A stretch of 64,000 nt of DNA from Pedosphaera sp. (GTDB lineage Bacteria > Verrucomicrobiota > Verrucomicrobiia > Limisphaerales > UBA9464). The notes under the pieces are model-generated. The model did no database searches. It had not been told where the DNA came from and was given only the letters and a program-made list of their open reading frames with translations. Of the stretch, positions 1 through 8,943 are shown piece by piece; the stretch's first letter is position 1, and each line of letters begins with the position of its first letter. A program made the position numbers and the translations under genes. The DNA lies in NCBI GenBank assembly GCA_009695205.1, contig SIBK01000002.1:6153-70152 (forward strand), given 5' to 3'.

Positions 1-845
1 TCGGTGTTGAACGATTGGATGACGTAGTCGCGAAAGCGCCATGCATGAGCGAAAAACAAATCGGTTTCGAATCCTCCTGAATCCGCGTAGCGAGCGATGT
101 CGAGCCAATGACGACCCCACCGTTCTCCGTAGCGCGGCGACGCCAGCAATCGGTCGACAAGTCGTTCGTAGGCGCCGGGAACTCGGTCTTTCACAAACGC
201 GGCGACCTCTTCGGGTGTCGGTGGCAAGCCCAACAGATCGAGTGTTATACGTCGAATAAGCGTTTCCGGCGCCGCCAGAGGCGCCGGCCGGATTCGAGCG
301 TTTTCGAGTTGATGCAAAATAAAGGCATCAACCGGTGACTTAACCCATGCCCGTCTTGCTGTGTCGGGCAACGGTGGGCGCCGAACGGGGACGAATGCCC
401 AGTGTTCTGAGTACTCGGCTCCCTGGTGAATCCACCCCTGGATCAACCGAATCTCATCCGTACTCAAACGAGGACCTTTTTCGGAAGGCGGCATCCGGTC
501 GTCCGGATTGCTTGTAGTAATCCGACGGAAGAGTTCACTTTGGTCAGGCCTTCCGGGGACCACTGCGGCGCGTCCCTCCCGAACGGTGGTCGCGCCTTCG
601 CGTTGATCCAGCCGAAGATGAGCTTTCCTGACGCTGGAATCCGGGCCATGGCACCCAAAACACCGGGATGTCAAGATGGGAAGAATCTGGCGGCCGAAAT
701 CGACCGTTTCGGATCGGGCAGATTGGACAGAAGCAGCGCCGAGCAGGTGTGCGAACACGAGCACACAACCCCATTGGATTCGGGATGGAAGTTCCGTGAA
801 TCCAGGAATCGCAACCCTATGAAGGAGGCAGGCGCTCGATGTCAC
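1..845 (-). CDS. Planctomycete-type cytochrome c domain protein (PSCyt1 + PSCyt2/DUF1549), N-terminal part; continues past the left edge
   Basis: Absent from the ORF track because it has no stop inside the window. My minus-strand translation reads ...[37 protein letters not shown]...[42 protein letters not shown]...[15 protein letters not shown]...[25 protein letters not shown]...[30 protein letters not shown]. It carries a CxxCH haem motif and the DUF1549 hallmark strings. The start is uncertain: GTG at 845-843 is the first candidate after the in-frame TGA at 938-936, and there is no in-frame ATG. Confidence 0.8.
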   Translation of the reverse strand, partial: MTSSACLLHRVAIPGFTELPSRIQWGCVLVFAHLLGAASVQSARSETVDFGRQILPILTSRCFGCHGPDSSVRKAHLRLDQREGATTVREGRAAVVPGRPDQSELFRRITTSNPDDRMPPSEKGPRLSTDEIRLIQGWIHQGAEYSEHWAFVPVRRPPLPDTARRAWVKSPVDAFILHQLENARIRPAPLAAPETLIRRITLDLLGLPPTPEEVAAFVKDRVPGAYERLVDRLLASPRYGERWGRHWLDIARYADSGGFETDLFFAHAWRFRDYVIQSFNT

Positions 846-976
846 TCGTGAATTTGGCAGGGCCAGCCGAGCCGGCCAACGACCCGGCCCAATATAACCA
901 CTGCCAAACTCGTTCTGACAATCCGCAAATCGAGATCAGGGAATTTCAGCACTGCACCCAGACTCACTGTCATCCT

Positions 977-1000
977 ATGGGAATCTCCAATGGGAATCTC
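977..1000. repeat. Tandem direct repeat ATGGGAATCTC x2 (977-987 and 990-1000)
   Basis: Read directly from the sequence. It lies in the intergenic region upstream of the PSCyt gene start and downstream of the GYD gene. Confidence 0.6.
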
Positions 1001-1050
1001 TGTGAAGTCTGCAGAAACCGATGGCCGCGCAACCGTTTCACTGCGGGTAG

Positions 1051-1341
1051 CTAGATCCTTCCGATAATCGCGTCGAATTCCTTATCGATGAACGCCTGCA
1101 TAGTCTCGGTGCGAACGTTGCCGGCGGCGCCCAGTTCCGTCAGCATGTGCAACGCCTGTTGTTCTGTCTCGGCATCAACGATCAATACACCGTCGTATTG
1201 GCCCATCGTCCAGTACTGGGCGACAATTCGGACGCCTGTCTTTTCGGCGAGGCGATCGAAGCTGTGAGCGCGCTTGGTGGATTTCTGAATGTTCGTGGCT
1301 CCCTGTTCCGTGAACGTGAGCAGTGTAATGTATCTGGCCAT
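1051..1341 (-). CDS. GYD domain protein
   Basis: MARYITLLTFTEQGATNIQKSTKRAHSFDRLAEKTGVRIVAQYWTMGQYDGVLIVDAETEQQAL... matches the GYD-family pattern (about 95 aa, GxYD core). I chose the internal ATG at 1341-1339; the upstream part of the 152-aa ORF looks non-coding. Confidence 0.75.
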   Translation of the reverse strand: MARYITLLTFTEQGATNIQKSTKRAHSFDRLAEKTGVRIVAQYWTMGQYDGVLIVDAETEQQALHMLTELGAAGNVRTETMQAFIDKEFDAIIGRI

Positions 1342-1577
1342 AATGAACCCTTTTGTTGAGTAACTCTGATGTGTTAACGTTGTAAGCAGGGCCAACTGTT
1401 CGCGGAAATCCGGCCGGTAAGAGAACCACTCAATCCTGACAGAGGCCTTCCGTACTTCGTTTAAAGCGACCACAATTCGACCGCTCAAAACCCTCCGTGA
1501 ATTGCTCAAGCCTTTGCAATTCTTGCATCTTCACCCCAGGCAGGCAAAGCAGAGGTGGGAGATCGCGGCTCGTATTC

Positions 1578-2093
1578 CTATGGAGCCAGTGGAATGTACT
1601 TTTCGATCGCCAGCAACTGTCGCTTCCTGTCGAGGCCGCCCGCGTAGCCGGTGAGACGACCGTCACTGCCCACGACACGATGGCACGGGATGAGAATTGA
1701 GATTGGATTGCGGCTGGTGGCGGTTCCTGCCGCTCGAACGGCCGAGGCGCTTCCGATTTGATCCGCTAGTTGGGAGTAGGTGATGACTTCGCCGTAGGGA
1801 ATATCCTTCAAAGCCTTCCAGACCCGCTCCTGGAATGAAGTGCCGTCGGTGTGAATCGGGATATCGAAGGATTTTCTTTTTCCGCGAAAGTATTCGTCCA
1901 ACTGACGGTCCAGAGCGTGAAGCAAGGGTGGTATTGCGGATCGGATGAGGCCGTTCATTGGGGGCGCCTGCGCAACGACTGCGGGGGGCGGGCCGCCCGG
2001 GTGATTCTCAAAGTAGAGGCCGGTGAGATTTGAGCCGTCCCACGCGACGAGGAGCCGGCCGATTTGAGTTTCGAGATGGGTATCGTGGGTCAC
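1578..2093 (-). CDS. ogt: Methylated-DNA--protein-cysteine methyltransferase
   Basis: Active-site motif IPCHRVVGSDGRLTGYAGGL and the typical YGEVITYSQLA region. GTG start. Confidence 0.85.
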   Translation of the reverse strand: MTHDTHLETQIGRLLVAWDGSNLTGLYFENHPGGPPPAVVAQAPPMNGLIRSAIPPLLHALDRQLDEYFRGKRKSFDIPIHTDGTSFQERVWKALKDIPYGEVITYSQLADQIGSASAVRAAGTATSRNPISILIPCHRVVGSDGRLTGYAGGLDRKRQLLAIEKYIPLAP

Positions 2094-2107
2094 GTGAATT
2101 TCTGCCC

Positions 2108-3199
2108 TCAGCCACCGATACAGCTCATGGTGCGAGCAGGTTGAACGAAATCGGGTTGCCCAATGCGGTGTCCGGCCTCCTTATGGACGACGATTCTCAG
2201 CAGTTCGTCGCGCAGATCGTCGTCGGTGGCGCCCCCGCGCAAGAGAGGGCGGAGGTCGTGCTCGTGGATGCTGAAGAGGCACGTGCGGATCTTGCCGTCG
2301 GCTGTGAGTCGAAGCCGATTGCAGTGGCCGCAAAAGGGTTCGGTTACGGGTGCGATGATTCCAATTTCGCCTCGGCCATCGGTGAACCGCCAGCGTTTGG
2401 CAGTTTCCGAAGGGTTCGCGGACGAATCGATGGGCGTTAGATCGAATCGATTTTTCAGGCGTGCGAGAATCTCCCTGCCAGGCACCACCAAATCCCGCTG
2501 CCACGCCCGGCTGGAATCCAGAGGCATGAATTCGATGAATCGAAAGATAAGGTTGCGTTCGCGTGCGAAACCTCCGAGATCCTCGATTTCGTGATCGTTC
2601 AACCCCCGAATCATCACTGCGTTCACTTTGATAGGATCGAATCCAGTTCGACGCGCAAGATTGATTCCGTCCAGTACGCCCGCCAGTCCGTCGCGGCCGG
2701 TCATCTTCTGAAAATTCACTGGATTGAGGGAATCCAGACTGAAACTGATTCGATGCAATCCGGCGGCTCGAAGTGAATCCGCTTTATTGGCGAAAAAGAA
2801 CCCATTGGTGGTCATGGCGAGGTCGCGAACCCCGGGGATTCGGGCAAGTCTCGCGACCAAGTTCTCCACACCGTTGCGCAACAGCGGTTCCCCGCCAGTG
2901 ACTCGCAATTTTTCGATGCCGAGACTCACGGCGACCCGAGCGACCTTTTCAATTTCCTCGAAGGTGAGCAGCTCCGCTTTGGGTTTCCACTGACGATGAA
3001 TCGGTATTGTGGGCAACCCGACGGCGGCAACGGCTGGATTCCTAAAGCGGGATTGGTAGAAATTGGCAGCCTCCTCCGTCTCGGGAAGGCAATACACACA
3101 GCGAAAGTTGCACCGGTCAGTGATGCTGATGCGCAGGTCGCGTAGGACACGACCGTGCGAGTCTACCAGGAGAGCAGAGCTGGGCGGAGATTGGCTCAT
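2108..3199 (-). CDS. moaA: GTP 3',8-cyclase MoaA (radical SAM, molybdenum cofactor biosynthesis)
   Basis: CNFRCVYCLPE radical-SAM cluster motif, a C-terminal CGHCNRLRLTADGKIRTCLF second cluster, and a C-terminal GG. The gene terminates at TGA. Confidence 0.9.
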   Translation of the reverse strand: MSQSPPSSALLVDSHGRVLRDLRISITDRCNFRCVYCLPETEEAANFYQSRFRNPAVAAVGLPTIPIHRQWKPKAELLTFEEIEKVARVAVSLGIEKLRVTGGEPLLRNGVENLVARLARIPGVRDLAMTTNGFFFANKADSLRAAGLHRISFSLDSLNPVNFQKMTGRDGLAGVLDGINLARRTGFDPIKVNAVMIRGLNDHEIEDLGGFARERNLIFRFIEFMPLDSSRAWQRDLVVPGREILARLKNRFDLTPIDSSANPSETAKRWRFTDGRGEIGIIAPVTEPFCGHCNRLRLTADGKIRTCLFSIHEHDLRPLLRGGATDDDLRDELLRIVVHKEAGHRIGQPDFVQPARTMSCIGG

Positions 3200-3954
3200 T
3201 TCGAGGGCGGAGCGGGTTCGATGACCCGTGCGCGCCCTTGTGTGTCGAGTTCTACCTTGAGGGGCGCTGCGCCGCTCGCGGCGTTGGTTGAACCAGGCCG
3301 TCGGATACCTTGCTGGAGCAATGCGCCACCCTTGAGGTCCGTGCCGGTGATGCCGCGGCGGATGAAATCCAGGCGGCGCGCGATGCTGAGTTCCTCCCGC
3401 AGTTTCTTCACCTGATCGCGAAGGACGACGAGATCCTTGAATTTCTTTTCCAAGTCGGCCTTCTCCGTCTGGAGCCTCCTCAGTTCCTTGAGCAATGTGG
3501 CCCGATCGCCTTCGCTTGCGGTCAGCTTGCGTTGGGTCTCACCAATTCGCGTCTCGAGGTTTGTGATGGAAGTGTTTAAGTCTCCCATTTTCTTGGTCAA
3601 ATCCTCACGCTGACCTTCGAGACCGGCGATATGATGATCCCGTTTTTGGATCTCGGCGGCTGCGGTCACCGCTTCGGCTTCTTTTTGTACAAGCCGTGTT
3701 TCCGTCATGGAAAGTTTGTTTGAGTACAGTTCCACCTCGGCCCCTCGCTGGGTGAGGTTCCCCTCCAAAACTAGGTTCACCTTCCGGAGTTCGCTCAATC
3801 GTTCGGTTAATTCCAGGACCTGATTCGAATAAGTATTGATCGTGGCGGCTGACTGCCGGTGGTCTGCGGTTGCCGATCGGCTAGAAACGATCAGAGCAAC
3901 CGCCAGCCCCACGGCTGTCAGGATTGCCACGACGGAGAGGATACGAGCATTCAT
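3196..3954 (-). CDS. Membrane-anchored coiled-coil protein, function unknown
   Basis: N-terminal TM segment (ILSVVAILTAVGLAVALIV) followed by about 200 aa of heptad-like E/K/L/R-rich sequence. Its TGA overlaps the moaA ATG (ATGA at 3196-3199). Confidence 0.6.
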   Translation of the reverse strand: MNARILSVVAILTAVGLAVALIVSSRSATADHRQSAATINTYSNQVLELTERLSELRKVNLVLEGNLTQRGAEVELYSNKLSMTETRLVQKEAEAVTAAAEIQKRDHHIAGLEGQREDLTKKMGDLNTSITNLETRIGETQRKLTASEGDRATLLKELRRLQTEKADLEKKFKDLVVLRDQVKKLREELSIARRLDFIRRGITGTDLKGGALLQQGIRRPGSTNAASGAAPLKVELDTQGRARVIEPAPPSK

Positions 3955-4073
3955 TTGAGTGGGAAGCTACGTCAGAATGGGGAGGAGACAAGTATTGGGC
4001 GAGAAAATGGAGAAGAATTTTCACCCGTCAATTTCCGCTCGCGATGAATGGCATCTAGCCCGAAGCTTTGCCG

Positions 4074-6170
4074 ATGTTTTCGCGGTCCACCGTTTTCTGG
4101 GTCGTGGCGCTAGGATTGACGCTTGGAGAGTTTGCCATCGGTCGGGCGCTTTCGCCACCGATGATTGATGAGTTTGCCGATGTGCGTCTGCCGGGGCAGG
4201 TGGCCGGGAGTACCGCCAATTCCGGGGGGGGCCGCCTCGTTCTGGACCAAGCGGGCACACTCGCGATCGAAGGAGGCTCCTTGCGGTTGCCGCCTCCATC
4301 CACCAACGCTTGGGGGTTTCAGGGAATCAGCTATGGGCCTTTTTCGGTTGTGCCCGGACTCTCTATGGCCGCCCGTATCCGTTTAGGGGACGTGCTGATC
4401 TGGGATGAGCGGGATTCCGCGCGGCTGGCTGTCGGGTGGTTCAGTGACGTCGCCCCTGTAAATCCGAGAGTGGATTCGCTCGCGCTAATCCTGGGTCAGA
4501 GTTTGGGAGGCAGGCGGGGGGCTCTCTACGCTTCGGGACTGGATCTGCACGTCCCTGTGGTCGACCCGGTCATGCAGTTGGACATGCAGATTGTGGCTGT
4601 CTGTCGCAATGAAAGTGTCATGTTGTATGCGGCGTCCGTGTGGGGTGCGCGCGGGCTGAGCCCTTATCCTGCAATGCGACCGGTGGCGATTTTGCCGCTG
4701 GATCCGGCGCGGTTATTCGCCGGCATACACCAGCGCTCTCAACGAGACACCAACCACGCAACGCTCGTCGATGGGATTCGCGTCGCGATTGTGCCCGAGT
4801 GGGCCGACTGGAGTGGCACGGCTGCGTGGTCCGATATCCGCGGAGCCGGAGCTGCTAAACTCTCGTTCCGCCCCACCAACACGCCTCCCGCGATGGGTGC
4901 CCCCGAATTGATTGGAACATGGACGCGGGTCACCAGCCAGCTCTACTCGCCGGCCGGCTTGATAACAGCGCGGGTGGAAAGCGAAGGCAACCCTGGCCGT
5001 ATCGCATTCATTTTTCGGGCGATAGACGGATTCAATCATTGGCGTCTGGAACTGGACGGTGCGGCGGCCCGGCTGATTCGGGTGGTACGGTCACACGAAT
5101 CCGTTGTCGCGGAAAATAGGAATGCGGCGTTGACGTCAGGCGTTTCCCATCGGATTTGGGTGACGGACGACGGAACGTTCATACGGGTCTGGCGTGACAA
5201 AGAGATATTGCTCGGAATTACGGATACAACGTGGGCGGATGGAGTTGAGGTGGGATTTGCGGCGGCTGCGGGCGGGGGGCTCCGGTTGCATCACTTCGAG
5301 GCCCACCTGAGAGAAATCCTAATCGCGTCGGGTCTGCGCCTGGGCGAGCCGTATCAGCGCAGGGGGGTGCAGGTGGTCCTTAAAGATAACTTTGCCGGCG
5401 CGGCGAATTCTTTGATCGGAAGGAAAGTCTCGACGGCGGCGGTCTGGGAACGGCATGGAGGCCCCGAACCGGATGAAATCGAGCTCACTGGCGCCGGCGC
5501 CGGGCGTTGCAATCACGAAAACTCAGCGGTTTTGACCTTCCTGCTGCCCTGGTCTCATCCCGAGTTTGCGGATGTTTCTGTTGAGGTGATTCCTCCGGCG
5601 CCTCCGGCAGAAGGGCACGCAGGAGTTGCTCTCTGGCAGAATGATCAGAATTTCCTCCTCGGCGGTTTCGACACTCCATCAAATCGCTACGGGGTTTGGT
5701 GTGTGCGCGACGGCCGTTGGACGCCGGTCGATCTCGGCGTGCCGACCATCCCGCTCGGAATGCCCCATCGGATCCGTCTTTCGTGTAACGGCGACGATTT
5801 CGCGGTTTGGCAGGACACTACGGCGCTCGTGGTGGGACGAATTCGGGACTACTTTCCGGGGGGGCCAGCCCTGCGCATTCGTAGGGTGGGAATTGGGCTG
5901 ACTCGTTTTGAAAGAAAGGGGGACCAGGGAACCTTGTTTCGAAATTTCGAGGCCCGTTGGTCAGCGGAGAATGCGCCGGTGGGTCCACCGTTATCGGATT
6001 GGAAGCGTCCCGGAAACGGGCGGCGCGGCGCGCTGGCAGTGCCCATCCATCTGCAGGAGCCTGAGGGCGGAGTGGGTGAATTCGGAGGTCCGCCTCCCGG
6101 GCAGCATCCAACGCCTGGCATCCCGGAGAAACGCCCGGAGCCCCGATCCTTCCATCCGAAGAAATTCTGA
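4074..6170 (+). CDS. Large membrane-anchored or exported hypothetical protein with repeated lectin/LamG-like beta-sandwich segments (tentative)
   Basis: 698-codon intact ORF with an N-terminal hydrophobic segment (FWVVALGLTLGEFAIG). Strings typical of concanavalin-like folds recur (NHWRLELDGAAARLIRV, HRIWVTDDGTFIRVWRDKEILL, HRIRLSCNGDDFAVWQD). No catalytic motif recognised. Confidence 0.5.
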   Translation: MFSRSTVFWVVALGLTLGEFAIGRALSPPMIDEFADVRLPGQVAGSTANSGGGRLVLDQAGTLAIEGGSLRLPPPSTNAWGFQGISYGPFSVVPGLSMAARIRLGDVLIWDERDSARLAVGWFSDVAPVNPRVDSLALILGQSLGGRRGALYASGLDLHVPVVDPVMQLDMQIVAVCRNESVMLYAASVWGARGLSPYPAMRPVAILPLDPARLFAGIHQRSQRDTNHATLVDGIRVAIVPEWADWSGTAAWSDIRGAGAAKLSFRPTNTPPAMGAPELIGTWTRVTSQLYSPAGLITARVESEGNPGRIAFIFRAIDGFNHWRLELDGAAARLIRVVRSHESVVAENRNAALTSGVSHRIWVTDDGTFIRVWRDKEILLGITDTTWADGVEVGFAAAAGGGLRLHHFEAHLREILIASGLRLGEPYQRRGVQVVLKDNFAGAANSLIGRKVSTAAVWERHGGPEPDEIELTGAGAGRCNHENSAVLTFLLPWSHPEFADVSVEVIPPAPPAEGHAGVALWQNDQNFLLGGFDTPSNRYGVWCVRDGRWTPVDLGVPTIPLGMPHRIRLSCNGDDFAVWQDTTALVVGRIRDYFPGGPALRIRRVGIGLTRFERKGDQGTLFRNFEARWSAENAPVGPPLSDWKRPGNGRRGALAVPIHLQEPEGGVGEFGGPPPGQHPTPGIPEKRPEPRSFHPKKF

Positions 6171-6183
6171 AAGCAGGAAATCC

Positions 6184-7503
6184 TCATCGCATCCAGATCA
6201 ACGCCTTTAGAATTCCACCGAATATTCGAGGCAATCGAAGGATGCGCGAAGGTTGTGCGAGCATTCGGACAAGCCATTCCACTCCGAGCGCGTGCACCCA
6301 GATCGGTACATAGGGTGCAAACCCAAAAATCGCGTCAATGCTGCCCCCTGCCGGCAAAATAAGGGTATGTGGAAGCCGGCGAGCGAGCCCTTCCGCAAGC
6401 TGGTCTTGCCGTGGGCTGTTTTGGCAAAGGATGACGAACTTCGGGTTGTGTCTCACCACTCGATCTTCGATTTCTGCCTGAGGCATTTCGTTTTCGAAAC
6501 CAGAGTACCGTTTGATACCGGAAGGGAGATGATCGAGGACCTTCGTTTTCGTGCCCCAAACGACAATTGCTTCTGGGTTTCCGTTTTTTAGAATCCGATT
6601 TACCAGATCGACTCCACGCACGCCTGTCGCTCCCCAGAATCGTGGAATCATCTTCAGTCCGATTCCATCCACAATTCCCTGGCGTAGGCGCATTCCAATC
6701 GGAGATAGATGCCAGACGGCCAGGGGGTTGAAGGAGTAAAGAATTCCCTCGTGTGGCAGATCGACGACGGGCTGCCAACGCAGAAGCCAGCGGAGGAGTT
6801 TGATGTTTCTGTTAGCGAGTCGAACGAGCTCAGAATTTGAGCGATTCCTATGAAAGCGTAAGTAAGATTCAAGCTTTTCAACTTTTTGAGTGGCTTCAAC
6901 CGGAATGCCTCGGCGCGTAGCCATCAAGTAGATGTGAAATCGATCGGTTCCAATCCGGCTCGCTGTTACTGGAACTCTCAAAATATCGGCGTGACCGATG
7001 CCTTCAAAGTGACGCGAATTTCCCTGAGCATCAAAAGACAAACCGCAATGAGGAGTGAGGAGCTCAGTCCAATCCGCCCCGTTTATCACCCGTGCGAAGC
7101 GAGGCGCGGTGCCATCTCTGGAAACCCAAGGCATGCGCCAGGCGACAAGATCCAAGAGGAGGCCTTCAACGCGAGAGAGCGGTCCCACCCCTTGAGAGAG
7201 AGCAATCGTCGGTTTTAAGAGGAGGCGACTGAAGATCAGAAGGGATAAGTAAAAGTAGAAGCTTCTTCGCGAAGACTGAGATTGAAAAAGATTTCCCCCG
7301 CCAAAGACGATCGCGACAGATCGAGTGGCTTCTAAGAAATCTTTGAAAGCCCGGTGGCCCAGTCGCTTCCCAGAATGTTGAGTCACGATCCGACCGGCTG
7401 GATAAATGCGACGGAAAGCGTCCTGAATCGCCCGGAGTGTAAGTTCGTCTCCGTAGTTATTGTGTCCGAAGTAGCCAACCACAAGGACACGAGGATGCCT
7501 CAT
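6184..7503 (-). CDS. Fusion protein: polysaccharide pyruvyl transferase (CsaB-like, N-terminal) + WecG/TagA/CpsF-family glycosyltransferase (C-terminal)
   Basis: The N-terminus VLVVGYFGHNNYGDELTLRAIQ...VFGGGNLFQSQSSRRSFYFYLSL...ALSQGVGPL fits the PS_pyruv_trans pattern. The C-terminus DGIGLKMI...FVILCQNSPRQDQLAEGL...LPAGGSIDAIFGFAPYVPIWVHALGVEWLVRMLAQPSRILR fits the WecG/TagA pattern (GVGGSFDV..G...RAP.W....GLEWLYRL..EP.R). ATGA overlap with the wecB stop at 7500-7503. Confidence 0.75.
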   Translation of the reverse strand: MRHPRVLVVGYFGHNNYGDELTLRAIQDAFRRIYPAGRIVTQHSGKRLGHRAFKDFLEATRSVAIVFGGGNLFQSQSSRRSFYFYLSLLIFSRLLLKPTIALSQGVGPLSRVEGLLLDLVAWRMPWVSRDGTAPRFARVINGADWTELLTPHCGLSFDAQGNSRHFEGIGHADILRVPVTASRIGTDRFHIYLMATRRGIPVEATQKVEKLESYLRFHRNRSNSELVRLANRNIKLLRWLLRWQPVVDLPHEGILYSFNPLAVWHLSPIGMRLRQGIVDGIGLKMIPRFWGATGVRGVDLVNRILKNGNPEAIVVWGTKTKVLDHLPSGIKRYSGFENEMPQAEIEDRVVRHNPKFVILCQNSPRQDQLAEGLARRLPHTLILPAGGSIDAIFGFAPYVPIWVHALGVEWLVRMLAQPSRILRLPRIFGGILKALIWMR

Positions 7504-8615
7504 TGCTTCTCCGCTCCCTTTAACAGAATTTGGATGATTTTTTCGGCCGCATAGCCATCCCCGTACGGATTGACGGCTCGAGCCATTTCCGCGTAGGCGG
7601 CTTTATCATCCAAGAGCTGGCTCGCCTCACGGACGATACGGCTCGCATTTGTTCCAACAAGTCTAAGTGTCCCCGCTTTCACCCCCTCCGGGCGCTCGGT
7701 CACTTGGCGCAGAACGAGGGTTGGTATCCCAAAAAAGGGCCCTTCCTCCTGAATACCTCCCGAGTCGGTGAGAATCAGCGCGGCGTGTTTCATCAAATGG
7801 ACAAGCGGCAGGTAGTCCAATGGCGGGAGCAGTGTGATATGTTCCACACGGTTGAGCAATCGGTTGGCAGGTTCCTGTACATTGGGATTCAAATGAACCG
7901 GGTAAACGATTTCTACATCCCCTCGCTTTGCAAGTCTGATGAGTGCATTGCAAATCGCTTCCATCGGTTTTCCAAAATGTTCACGGCGATGAGCCGTGAC
8001 GAGAATGAGTCTTTTCTTCCTTAGCTTGAGTTGTGTGAGGAGATGGACTGTTTGCCTGGGCGCTCTTTGTTTTGATGCGAATTTCAAAGCGTCAATGACG
8101 GTGTTGCCTGTAACCATAATACTGCGTTCATCAATTCCTTCACGCAGCATGTTTTGCTTCGCCCATTGGGTTGGCGCAAAATGAAAATCGGCTGTTACCC
8201 CGGCAACGCGGCGGTTGATCTCTTCAGGGAACGGTTGCCATTTGTCGTACGTGCGGAGTCCTGCTTCCACATGACCGAATTTGATTCGGTGATAATACGC
8301 AAGCAACGATGTAATCGCAACGGTGGTGGTATCGCCTTGCGCCAACACCCAGTCCGGTTTGAAATCCGCGAAGACCGGTTCGAGGCGTGTGAAAATCGAT
8401 GCGCTGAGTTGCGCGAGAGATTGATTCTCGCGCATCAGGTCCAGATCATAGTCCGGCTCGATGTCAAATAAGCTCAAGACTTGATCGAGCATTTGACGAT
8501 GTTGTGCGGTGACACAGACGCGCGACTCGACGCCTGCTGTTCGCGCGAGCAGGCGGGCAATAGGCGCCATTTTCACAGCTTCAGGCCTCGTACCAATGAC
8601 GGAGAGAATTTTCAA
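7500..8615 (-). CDS. wecB: UDP-N-acetylglucosamine 2-epimerase (non-hydrolysing)
   Basis: (M)KILSVIGTRPEAVKMAPI..., ...LAQGDTTT..., HVEAGLRT and ...DSGGIQEE are classic WecB/MnaA motifs. TTG start aligned to the canonical N-terminus. Confidence 0.9.
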   Translation of the reverse strand: MKILSVIGTRPEAVKMAPIARLLARTAGVESRVCVTAQHRQMLDQVLSLFDIEPDYDLDLMRENQSLAQLSASIFTRLEPVFADFKPDWVLAQGDTTTVAITSLLAYYHRIKFGHVEAGLRTYDKWQPFPEEINRRVAGVTADFHFAPTQWAKQNMLREGIDERSIMVTGNTVIDALKFASKQRAPRQTVHLLTQLKLRKKRLILVTAHRREHFGKPMEAICNALIRLAKRGDVEIVYPVHLNPNVQEPANRLLNRVEHITLLPPLDYLPLVHLMKHAALILTDSGGIQEEGPFFGIPTLVLRQVTERPEGVKAGTLRLVGTNASRIVREASQLLDDKAAYAEMARAVNPYGDGYAAEKIIQILLKGAEKQ

Positions 8616-8920
8616 TTTGTATGTTGCGATTTGTTATCGCCGAGACTGGATCGTTGAAAGCGCGGATTCTTGCGCGCTTCAGGGATCCATTCAATTGTAG
8701 AGCCGAGAACGATACGCGCCTTCGCTGTCTTCGCAATTTCTTCTGGAATGAATTGATTCTCAACCCATTTTATCCCCCCGCACTCACGGAGAGAAGGGCG
8801 GGAAAAGTGCCCGGACGGCTCCGGAACGTTGTCCGAGGCGAATTGCCGCCCCGGACGCTCGCTCTCCGGAGCGGGGTTGTGAGGGGGCTTGAGGGGAGTG
8901 GAATTCGGTTTGACAAAATC

Positions 8921-8937
8921 ACTTTGTATTGCAAAGT
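8921..8937. promoter_or_regulatory. Palindromic candidate operator ACTTTGtATTgCAAAGT, copy 1
   Basis: Perfect 6-bp inverted half-sites with a 5-nt spacer, 7 nt upstream of the ATG at 8944 and 5 nt downstream of a perfect TTGACA hexamer (8910-8915). A near-identical copy lies at 9965-9981. Confidence 0.55.
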
Positions 8938-8943
8938 CGGCGC

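Noticed and set aside
3955-4073. Moco riboswitch ahead of the moaA-containing operon
   Set aside because: The intergenic region is only about 120 nt and shared with a divergent gene, and I could not see the conserved Moco motif helices. This was not testable by eye with confidence, so no call was made.
8929-8943. TTG at 8929 as the start of the membrane-protein gene
   Set aside because: This start would place the initiation codon inside the palindromic operator. The ATG at 8944 gives the same protein minus 5 residues and a more conventional arrangement. The choice remains uncertain.
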